Below, in pieces: positions 53,184 to 64,000 of a DNA stretch of 64,000 bases. The position numbers and the translations under genes are program-made. A model generated the notes under the pieces. That model made no database searches. It was given only the letters and a program-made list of their open reading frames with translations, and was not told the DNA's origin. Each line of letters opens with the position of its first letter. Positions within the stretch are counted from its first letter, which is position 1. The DNA is from the human T2T-CHM13v2.0 reference genome, Homo sapiens. Where the stretch lies: assembly GCF_009914755.1 (NCBI RefSeq), contig NC_060926.1; one strand, given 5' to 3'.

Positions 53184-53425
53184 TGTCAGTTTGTTCAGGC
53201 TGCTATAACAAAATAACATAGACTCCGTGGCTTATAAACAGCAGAAGTGTATTGCTCACAGTTCCAGAGGAAAGGCAGTCCAAAGTCAAAGTGCTGGCAG
53301 ATTTGGCATCTGATGAGGGCCCGCTTTCTGGCTCACAGACAGTGCCCCCTACCTGTGTCCTCAAATCGTGGAAGGGAAGAACAAGCTTCTTTGGAACCGT
53401 TTCATAAGGACACTAAGCCCATAAA
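53184..53425 (-). mobile_element. MLT1A-like LTR fragment
   Basis: 'caggctgctataacaaaata..gtggcttataaacagcagaagtgtattgctcacagttc...tgatgagggcccgc'. Confidence 0.8.
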
Positions 53426-55199
53426 GTTGGCCCACTAAGACCATAAAATTGGTCTGAACTTTTGAAATTTAGACCTCATTTGAAAAGTTATTTTTTAAAT
53501 GGGTAATACATAAAGAAACCTAAAATAATTTATATCTCTTATTTTGATAATTATACTTATAAGAGATTATCTTAAGAAATGAATAAAAATGCAGGAAAAA
53601 TTATTTCTTTAAAAAATACACATCTTGTGTGATGTTTATATAATTGGAAATAGCCTGTGGTCCCAACTGCTTTGAAATTATTAACTATATTTTGATGTTT
53701 ATGTTTGATGGAATAAAGTACAACAGTGTAAAAGTAATATTTATGAAGAGTTTATAGTTGCAAAGAATATATATATATATAGCATGTGCATGAAAAAAGT
53801 GCAGAAAATACAATTCTTTAGCTAGAACAATAACAACTAGATAAACATTAAAATGAACATAAATCAATGATAGATAAATACTAGAAATAAATGGTTGCCT
53901 TTGAGTGGGAAGCTTATGAATAATTATTATTGGTATTTTTGTGCTATGTTTATGTTTTGCAAATGTTCACAATCAGTATATAACTTTGTAATGGAGGTTT
54001 TAGAAGGTTTTCATCATTTTGATTGGGATATAACAAAGAATGTATTCTAATTTATAGGTCTACTTAAAGTAAGATAAATCATAGTGCAACAGAATTAAAT
54101 TCACTTGAGTTCATTGACTGTTACTATTGTAGGCTCAGACCACAGCAGAGCAATGCATGAACATTACAAGTCAAGGAGACTAAAGGAGGGTATGAATGAG
54201 GGAGAATATATGGGAGGGGAGTTGCCATGTTATAGTGCTGCAGAGAGAGGTTCTCTTATAAAGTGGTATTTGGGCAAAAGTTGACCTCTGCAAATAGCTT
54301 GTGGAAGAGAATTCCAAGCAAGGAAGCCACAAGTTTAAATGCTCTGATGTCAGAGAAAACTGAATGTAAGAACAAAGGGACTCTAGCAGAGGAAAGGTTA
54401 AATTTAGGTTGGGGCAGAGGTGAGAGGAGAATAGACTTCTATAGAAGAGCAGATTTCTGAGTTAAATCCTTTAAAATGAGTAGTTTTGCAAAGCACAAAA
54501 AAAAAAAAAAGAATGAGGAAGGGAGCCCCGTGGATAAACTGTCATAGCAAAACATGGAGGTGTAAAGCAGGTGGCCCAGGGATCAGCTGCCTTTGTGTGT
54601 GGCTGAATTATAGGGTCTAGGTAAAAGTGGAAAGAGGAAAAGCAGGGAGGGTTTGGTTTTAACCAGGAAACTTTGACTTTACCCCATAAGTGATGAGAAA
54701 GCACTGAAGACCCATAAGCCAACCAGACATGTGTTCTAGAAAGTCCACCAGAAACAACATGTAAGATGTTAGAGAGCCACTTCTGGAGGCTTAAAGAGGT
54801 GGGCTCTTAGATTATTTTTACAATGATATAGACAGAGGCAATGAGGTACTTCACTTAGTCACAGGTAGTGATCCGAGACCCGTTCAGGAAATAAAACCTA
54901 CAGCACTGGGTGATTAACTGAATACTCTAATACAGTGAATGAAGACGCGGACTTAGTCCATAATAGAGTTTAGATTTCTGTTTTCACTGTGAGATTTTTA
55001 TACTTGGGCAGGCGGTGGGGGGATTATGTCATAGTTTATGTGGGAAGAAAAGTCCATTTTCAGTAAACCTGATGACTTTCCATTTGGGTGTCTCTTATGA
55101 GATGTTGTAGCCATTAGTGTAAATAGCCAGTTTACACTGAGATATATGAGTCTAAGCTTATAAAAGGTGGTTAGGAGTAATATGTATGAATCTTCAACA

Positions 55200-57330
55200 T
55201 ATGGCACTAAGAGTAGACAAAAGAAATAAATTGAAGGAGACGCATGATATTACAGTATTTTGCTCAAAGTCACAGTATAAAACGACAGTAGATATTTTAC
55301 AAAATCATAGTCAAATAATAATGATAGTCACAACTGAACACAATGAGTTCGTTCTCTACAGTGGGGAAGGAAATAAGCATGTAGGACAGGAATATAAGAA
55401 AAGGAAAAATAAACAAGCAAATAGATAAAATAGTAAATGAGCTCATAAACTAAGAAAGGATTTTGCATATACCCATAATGATTTTATGCTGTAAGCAGAA
55501 GTACCCGTTTATTTTTTGTAATTGATGTCCAAAAAATAAAAATAAAAAAAGAAAGTGAGAAATACTAGAAAACACAAAGATAGAGTTATAAAGCATGTTT
55601 GGGAATGAAGATTTGGTAATTACAATAAATGCTAATGAATTAAATCCACTAACCAAAATATAAAATCTCAGGATTGTTTAAAATGAAATAAAAAAACAAT
55701 ACAATACAATTCTCTGCCCTTGTTTTCTATAAGAGAAATACTTAAAAACAGAAAGACAAGATACATAAAGTTTGAAAATTAAAAAACATAGCTAAGAAGT
55801 ATAGAGCAAAGTATAGAGCAAAGATATTTTTTGACTACCAAAAAATATATTTAATTTTAAGACAAAAAATGACAATGAATAGAAAGGGACATTTCACATC
55901 AGCAAGAGAAAAAAAATGTGTCAAGAAAAAATAATAATGATGAACATGTGAATTTTTAACATAACCTACCCCAAATAATAAAGCAACAACAGGTAAAATT
56001 ACCAGGTAAAATATATCAACTAACAAATATAGTTGGGAATTCTTTATCATAACTTTCCTAAATAGGTAGAACAAGAAAGTAAAAAATAAGCAAAGACATA
56101 GAAGATATGAATAACAATAAGCTTTAATATATATATATATGTGTGTTCATGAACTTTACAGAAAACAGAGATTTTGTTTTTAAAATAATATATGAATTAT
56201 TCATGAAATTTTACTGGGCACTAGTGTACACACACACAAACACACACACATTAATTTCCAAGGATCAACTTTATACCCACTTTATTAAAGCAATAAAATG
56301 AGAAAATGCTAACTAAATGAAAGCAAAAAGAAATTTCAGGTATCTGAAAATTATATAACATTACAAAATAATTTGAGTTGAGAAACAACATTGACAAAAT
56401 TGGGAAATAATTATAAATCAACAATGTAAATGCTATGTGTCAGTATTTGGAGCACATACTAACATCAGATCATGAAAATAATGTTATACCTTTACATTCG
56501 TCAGAATACATGAATGAGCTAGGATTTCAAAAGAAATTGTTGGAAGATGAACAAATTAAACTACTGAAGAAAGTAGAAAAGACAAATATAATAAATATGA
56601 GGCAGAAATCAGTTTAACAGAAAGTAATGCCTGAAAAAAAGCAATAAAGGAGTTTTACAAGCCCAGGTCATCAAATAATGTCAAAAACAAAACAATTAAG
56701 AAGTTTAACAACCCCAGTTGTTGGATGTAACAAGCTCATGCACCATGCATTGCAAAAAAAGAAAAGAAAAACAGAAGAAAATATAACACTAAATTAAGAA
56801 ATTGGGAAACAGCCAAGCAGATAACAGAGATTATAGAAAAAATAAATAAAATAAGTATATATGAATAACTTTGGTGGTCCAAGTGTAATAGATGAGTTGC
56901 TAGAACATACAGAATGTTAACAATGGGTTGAAAAGAAACAAAATTCCTGAGTAGACTAACAACCTTAAATGGATTTGAAACAGTTATCAAAGATCTTATA
57001 AACACTTTTTCCTCTCCCTACCCTTAACTATTTAATAAAATGAACATTTTATTATGTTAATACAAGTTCGATTATAAAAATGGAGGAAAATGAAAAACTT
57101 CAGAACTTATTTCATTTATGATTATAAATGCAAACCCTTAAATATGTATTAGATAAAACAAATAAATGTATTAAAATATACACCTTAATAACTTGTGTTT
57201 ATCTCAGTAATGTAAGAAACATGTTCAACATCAGAAATATCACTGAAATTTACTACAATGAGAAAAATTATAAATAAATGGAACAGAATTGATAGTGTAG
57301 AAATAAATCCTAGAAAGTAGCAAGACAAAA
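55200..57330 (+). mobile_element. Very old L1ME-type ORF2 remnants
   Basis: A-rich, degenerate ORF2-like motifs ('ggtaattacaataaatgctaatgaattaaat', 'aagacatagaagatatgaataac', 'aaatgcaaaccctt'); boundaries uncertain. Confidence 0.5.
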
Positions 57331-57378
57331 AAGACATGTATCTGCAAAAGAGCCAGAGTTAAATTGACAAGATTTTTT

Positions 57379-57520
57379 TTGTCCAGGAGCGGGGGCGGTA
57401 GATAGAGCCAGGGTCTTACTATGTTGCCCCGACTGATCTTGGACTTCTGAGCTCGAGTGATCCGTCCACCTTGGCCACCCAAAGTGCAGGAATTACAGGT
57501 GTGAGCCATCATGACTGGCC
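57379..57520 (-). mobile_element. FLAM_C / Alu left monomer with a non-Alu insert before the tail
   Basis: 'agggtcttactatgttgccc...tgagctcgagtgatccgtccaccttggcc..aaagtg..gtgagccatcatgactggcc'; TSD acaagattttt on both sides. Confidence 0.85.
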
Positions 57521-60500
57521 AACAAGATTTTTAATGTCAAGAATGGAAACCAGATTTCAGTGAGGTACCTTCAATGTGCTAAGAAAATACATTTCTCAAC
57601 CTGTAATTATATGACCTAATTTAAGAATGAGGACAGGGAAAAAAAAAATCCAGACAAATAAAAAAAAAATAAGAGAATGAGCCACCAGAAGATCTGCTTT
57701 AAAGGAAATGTTAAAGGTTGTATTTCAGGTCGAAGGAAAGTAATCCCGGATGAAAGTTTTGAAGGAGGAATAAAGAGGGAAGAATGATAAGTATGTGATT
57801 AATATAAATAAGCTTGACTTAGAATAATACCAGCATTTCATCAGGTTAAAATACAATGCAGATAAAATACTCAAAACTATTACATATAATCAAGACAAGA
57901 AGAGAGGAATTAAAATATTCTAGGGCCTTTCTGCTTCTGTAAGGAGGATAAATATATTCACGATTTCTAGACTCTGGCCAACTGAGAACCAAGTGTGGTA
58001 GTGCAGGCCTTGGAGAGGTGGGAGGTTGGGGGGCTGTTGCCCCAGGGGCAGGCACTCCTGAGTGAGGACTCTCTGAGGCTCTGGGGACCCAGGCTCTGTG
58101 CCATCAGCCTACACCTGGCTTTCAGAAAGCGAAGAAATGTCCCAGTCTTCTTCAGTGCCTTTATGTCCGTCACCTTCACCTCCCAACTCTGCCAAATGTG
58201 AACGGGGTTCTGAGTCCCTTCTCTCGTCTGTGGGTTTTTTCACTTCCTCGGGGGACTGGGACAGGTTATAATTCTGTAACTATATTAACGTTTTCTTACC
58301 AGTTGTGTGAAAGTAACACTTTCTGACCACTTTCTGCCTCCTCAGTGGATGGGATTCTTCTTCGGTGTTTTTTGAATGAAACTTTTCAAGCGTGATGTCC
58401 CTCATTCCTCATTCATAAATTCATTTTATTAAGCAAATCTATACATCAAGATTTGTGCTGAAATGAGCTGATTCTTGAGAAAGTTATCAACTTTCCTCAG
58501 ATGTTCTATGTCCCCTTAGAAGGGAGGGGGATGCCTGGAGCCCCCAGGACATGGACCATCCTCTCTCCCTCCAGGGAGCCGCCTTTGCTCCTCTGCGGGC
58601 CAGTGCATCTGGGCGGTACAGCGTCTTTTGACTCAAGAGACAGGGTGGGTGTGCAATGTGCTAGGGTTTATGCTGGGTCAAAAGTCACTTCATTTATAAC
58701 GAGTAATCATCAACAGTTCACCTCTGTGTGTTAGGCAATTGGCTAACATTTTCTCAGTTGCAAGAAAGTTGGAGCCATGTTCGTCCTCTGAAGCAGGGGA
58801 GTCGGGATCTGGACGCAGGGGTCTCTCAGAGTCCTGAGCCCTGGTGGTGCCGCTGTCATTCCACTGCCTGTCTCTGTGGGGCAGGAGCCCAGGCTCGGGG
58901 CTACGCATGCCAGGGGCAGGGCTGACGTCCAGCAAGGAGTCCGTCCACCGCCGTGAAAACTCACACTGCAGTAAAGACACCGCTGCTTTAAAGACACTGC
59001 CTTTCATGAAATTGTCATGGAAGAAAATGAAGCAAGTTGTAGTTTTTAAAAGACATATAAAAATAAATAAATGGCCACAGATAAAAGGCTTCAAGCTCTG
59101 CACTTATCTTAAGAGCTAAGGGGAGGGAAAGGTTATATTTTTTCACACTCAGGTGTCCCCATGCTAACATGAAAAATCCTTTCTACTCTGCAAGCCACAC
59201 TTGTGCTATCAACGCTCCCGGGAAATGTTTGCCTGTTTGTAATCAAAGACTAAAGAAAAATAGACACAGATATACAATGCTTTGGAATGTTTACTTTTGA
59301 GAGCTTTTACCCTAGGAAAATCGACTCTGTTATCTCACTCCCTGCAATCTTTCTCTCAAGGGTAGATAGAGGAGCTGCTACAAACCAGCCCTGTCCGGGA
59401 TGATTACTATCTGGGAGGTCCCGGGTTGCAGTACAGCCCAGTGGCCACAGAGCTGGTGTTGTCAGCTGTACATGCTCCTGGTGGCAAAGGTCCTAAGCCC
59501 TGCAACATCCCCAGCATGGAAAATGGAAGCACAGGTTTCCATGATACCAAGAAAATGACAGTGCAATAGCATATGGTCAGACTCATGGGAAATATCACTT
59601 AAAAAGTACATTTGACAGAGACCTTATCTTATGTATTCAGTAAGTGTCAGCAATTCTGGGCAGCCCAGACTCATTATTTAAAAGTCTTAACAATAAGATT
59701 GTCTACAAATAGATGATAGATACTATCAATTAATGTAGTTAACAAGGAATGACAAAATAAATTTACTTTTTACTTGTTTAACACAGTAGATCCAGATATT
59801 TTTATATACTTTTTAAACCTATAAACCAACAATATATTTTTAAAAAACAAGACTCAGAGGAGAGTCTTTTGATGGATTGCATTGCCCCTGACAACTATGT
59901 CTTATCGATATCTATTAGGGGTATGTGATAAGTAACTAATAGCCTAAGGCAATAAAATGGAGAAGAAAAGGTGTTAACATCAGGACCACACTCTTTCCCT
60001 AGGACTTGCATGTACAATTCTTATTTATTCTTTGTGACCTCCCAGACCTTATCTCACATTGCTGTTGTGGAGCTTAACACACAGAGTTGTTTCTGTGTAC
60101 CTTGCACTCCACTGATGAAGACCCTGGAGTCAGAGTCTGTTCCCCATTTATATTAATACTCCTGTAGCTAGAATCAAGAAGGTAGTCATGGGTCCTCAAT
60201 GATCCTAAACACCAGCACGATTGAAACAACAACAATAAACACAGAAATAAGCACAATCCCTTGAGCAAATTTTCATAACAAGGAGGCACAAAATGGAGAC
60301 AGAATTAAATGTGCATGCACTGAGCAATCTACAGACATGATTACATTTAACCTTCAGAATGACCCTCTGCAATAAGAATTATTACTCTACTCCTTTTTTT
60401 TTTTTTTATGAGTAAACTGGGACTCAGCTTGTTTAGGTGACAGAGGACCCAAGAAAGGTTACTGTGATAAGAACAAAGGGTAAGGGATGAGGGAGTTGAA

Positions 60501-60678
60501 GACATGCAGTTGTGCTTCTGGCTAGTGTAGACAGAGGACATCCTCCTTCTACCCCCACATACAAGTATACACAGAAGGTAAAAGCATCTGGGCTTTGGCA
60601 GCAGCAGTGTTTGAATCATGGCTCTTTCACTTACTAACTGGCATTTCTAAACATGTTCTCAATAAACAGTAAGGATTA

Positions 60679-60990
60679 GACCAGGCACCATGGCTCACGC
60701 CTGTAATACCAGCACTTTGGGAGGCCAAGGCAGGCAGGTGGATTGCTCGGGCTCAGGATTTCAAGTCCAGTCTGGGCAACACTGCAAAATCTCTATTCTA
60801 CAAAAAATACAAAAATTGGCTGGGAGTGGTGGTGCATGCCTGTAGTCCCAGGTAATTGGGAGGCTGAGAAGTGGGGGGATTATTTGAGCCTGGGAGAAGG
60901 CAGTTGCTGTGAGCTGAGATCGCCACAGCTCTCCAACTTGGGCGACAGAGCAAGACCCTGTCTAAAAAAAATAATAATAAAAGTAAAAAT
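60679..60990 (+). mobile_element. AluJ
   Basis: Degenerate dimer 'ggctcacgcctgtaataccagcactttgggaggccaagg...gagcaagaccctgtct'; TSD aaggattag. Confidence 0.9.
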
Positions 60991-62735
60991 AAAGGATTAG
61001 TATATTTCTGCAAGTCATTATTATCATAGGAGGATGTCATTTAACCCACAAGTTAACCAATCTATGGTACAACTTGGTGTAGTAACTGGCTTTAGTGCAG
61101 TTCTTCATGAGAAAGACATTCTCTGTTGTATAATCCTTTTAATGAGCATTATAAAATATCTCCTGAAATTCTAAATGTAATAAAACCTCTGCAAATCTAC
61201 TGCATGAAAGAACATGTTGGTAATGAATCAAATGAAGTAAGACGATATTCCTTGTTTCCTGCTGTGAGTGCATGCTCATCAGGAAACTATATGTTTCTGC
61301 GAGGACATTTTATTGCCAATGATGCCAGGTAGCAATTCAAGTGACACTGTACAGCATAATGCCTAGCAAAGGATCTCAAAGGCTGTTTCCAGTAATCAGA
61401 GCTTGCTGATTCATATCTCTTCAGTCTGGCTTCCATGCACTTATTTTCTCACCAACCTGGCCAATGTTACAAACTAATAATTCAACATTGATGTTCAGAT
61501 AAAATCTTGCAGGTCTGGATATTGGTGTGAAGTTCATTTCCTTAACGATAATTACAGTAAAGGTGTTCCTAGAATGAATCTGTTTAATACAATTACAGAA
61601 AATATCAGGACAGTGCTAGGAGAGAAGAGAAGAGCAGGCAGTTTATCATTGAAAATAAGATAACATCGTTTGTTTCAAGGACTGTATATACACAGAGAAC
61701 TACTTAAGTAGTTCATAGAGGAGTTGGTCTCTTGGAGGGCATCTACATCCAGTATCCAAGGAAACATTCAGAAAGGTGTCTTGGAATAAGCGTTTGCTGG
61801 ATTTATAGGCTCCTCCTTCAAACATGTGGTTAAAAAAAAAAAGTACCTCTTGATCAATTCCAGAAATTGGACCACTGTCGTTCATTCAAAAAACACAGCA
61901 GAGCAGATGCAAGATGCCACCTTTGAATGGCTAAACCTTGGTGCACAACCTTCCTAGCTCCTGAAAGGCCCTCCATTTTCTGGCTTTCACTACTCACACT
62001 CATTCTTCAAAACCAGCTTCAATTTTATTTTTAGGTACAAGAATTTCTTGACCCTATGGAAAAAATAAATCCTACCGCCTATATTATTTTAGTGCCAAGT
62101 AAATAATATTTTTGTTGCATTTATTACCTAACACTGACAAGTATTTGTTTAGAAGTCTGTGTTGAGTATATATTAGATACTCAATAGAAATTTGTTGAAG
62201 CAAATATTACCTTCTATCTCAGATGGTGGTGTGATAAGATGTCACGAATAAATGAATTCTTAGAAATTGAGACTCAACTCATGAACAGTGAGGGTTTTTT
62301 TCTGTATTAATTCATTCTATCATCCAATTAACAGATTTAGTGAGCATCTATTATAGCTACACATTATGCAAATCTCTGGAGAAGAAAGGAATGAATAAGC
62401 TTTTCTATTTTATTCATAAGCTTAATGAAAAAGATGTATTTCTTATTTTTTGCAAAATTATTATATAAAAATTTTATAGACAATTTTTTATAATTTAGAT
62501 TATCATATTTTAAATGTAATTACTCTTCAGAATAATGCCGTACTTTTTCTTTTTTCTGAAAAAGGCACTGAGAGTGTGCATTTCCTCAAAGATGTAGAGA
62601 GCATTTCAGGCATTATGAAAATAAATAGCCTGAAGCCTGAGAAGAGAATTAAATCCTCACCTTTGTGAACTTTAGCTTTGCCATCTATTGTTATCAAGAT
62701 GCCTGCATTCAGGCTGAGTGGCACCAACAGCTGCT

Positions 62736-62775
62736 CTTTGTTGAGTGTTCCCTGGCTTTGTTGAGTGTTCCCTGG
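62736..62775. repeat. Perfect 20-bp tandem duplication (ctttgttgagtgttccctgg x2)
   Basis: Directly visible, no mismatches. Confidence 0.9.
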
Positions 62776-63396
62776 GTAAACAGCATTGTTTTCCAGTACT
62801 CATAGAGCAGAAAACGGAGCATTTTCTTGCTAATTCTCTGAGGCACTCCAAACAGTTAGTAAAACCCAGTTGAGCAAGAGGGTTCTCTCTGAGCCTTGGT
62901 TTTCTCTTCACTAAAATAAATGGGTTGGGAAAGCTTGTCTACCTTTACCTAAGAGATTCTTTAATCTGCATGTTCATCTCACGTATGTTGACAAAACAAC
63001 CATCAGCTTGGAGGGGTGTGGGGAGAAAGAAGCACTATGGGAGACTGGAGAGAGAGAAGAGAAGGAAGCAAACAACCTTCATTCAAATTCTGCTCCATAG
63101 GAATCCAAGTCTGTTGCCATCCTGTCTTGGGTTCTCTTCTCTGTGATTAATCACTAACTTGGAGCTGAAATACAGGTCTACACTTCTCTGCATCTACTGT
63201 CTGTATCTACATCTGTGTCTGTCTAGCTAGCCAGCTATTTATATTAAAATTCAACAATAAGGCACAGGTAGTAAACAAAGATGTTCATAGAGCAACTCAG
63301 GTAGCATCCTGGGCTACCAGCACCCTCGAATCCTGATGTTGCATGGTGTTAACATGAGGATGGTCACTCATATTTTAATGTGTCAAGTGTACAGAT

Positions 63397-63577
63397 CAGT
63401 GGTTCTCAAACTTGAATGTACATCAGAACCACCTAAAGGGATCATTCAAATGCAGATTGCTGGGCCTGACTTTAAGATTTTCAGCTCTAGTCAGTTTTAG
63501 ATGGGTCCAAGAATTTGGATTTCTCACAAATTCCCAGGGGAGACTGATGCAAATAGTCCAGAGACCACCCTTGGAGA
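63397..63577. mobile_element. MER5A hAT-Charlie MITE
   Basis: 'cagtggttctcaaacttgaatgtacatcagaaccacct...cagattgctgggcc...atttctcacaaattcccagg..ctgatgc...gaccaccct'. Confidence 0.85.
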
Positions 63578-64000
63578 GAGAAGGGGGGGGCCAAGTGAGG
63601 TGAGAAATGCCTGTTCTCTATACCAATCCCTCTTCCTAATGGGAAAAATGTACCATAGCAAGGACATGTCTTCATTTGAATATTTCGTGTTCTTTTACAA
63701 ATACTGTTTTCTCTTGGAGTTCAGGCATTTGGAAGACACCTGTTCATTAGCCTCTGTCTATTGTTGGGTAAAGGAGGCAAAGGCAAAACAACAAAGAAAT
63801 TGTAAAAACTCAGATATGCTCAATATTACTTTATAAACTACCCTTGCTGCCCTTACAGTGTATAAACTGTGTATTTGCTCTACCTGGGCACCTTTTAGGT
63901 CCTAAGATTTTTCCTAGTTCTTTGGTTATTTATCTCCATATTTCAGCTCATGAACCACTTGACAGGCTTTGCTTTTTAAAAATGAGGAAATTCGTAAGAG

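Overview
This is primate, most likely human, non-coding genomic DNA (intergenic or deep intronic). It is AT-rich, CpG-depleted and dominated by interspersed repeats: AluY/S/J and FLAM SINEs, MIR, L2, L1 of several ages (including a ~12 kb nested L1 block at 36.4-48.7 kb), MaLR LTRs (MLT1, MST, one complete MST provirus), ERV1/ERVL solo LTRs (MER34-, MER50-, MLT2-, LTR47-like) and DNA transposon fossils (MER5, MER6A, Tigger2a, MADE1). I can support no host protein-coding exon, RNA gene or CRISPR-like array. The ORF track is explained by repeats, simple repeats or chance, and the only recognisable protein remnant is the L1 ORF2 endonuclease N-terminus. I did not find a new multi-gene system. The best findings are DNA-repair or replication scars that can be read directly from the sequence. 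(1) A ~184 bp, ~97% identical copy of unique sequence from 1.66 kb upstream sits inside an L2. It is bracketed by an 18-bp direct repeat, a fold-back inverted repeat and a re-iterated junction. (2) A perfect 18-bp-arm hairpin in an L1 appears to have been made by template switching. (3) A tandem array of palindromic 20-mers. (4) A FLAM carries a foreign CpG-rich EGR1/Sp1-type insert before its poly(A). Repeat subfamily names come from recalled consensus sequences and need RepeatMasker/Dfam confirmation. Boundaries of old elements are approximate.
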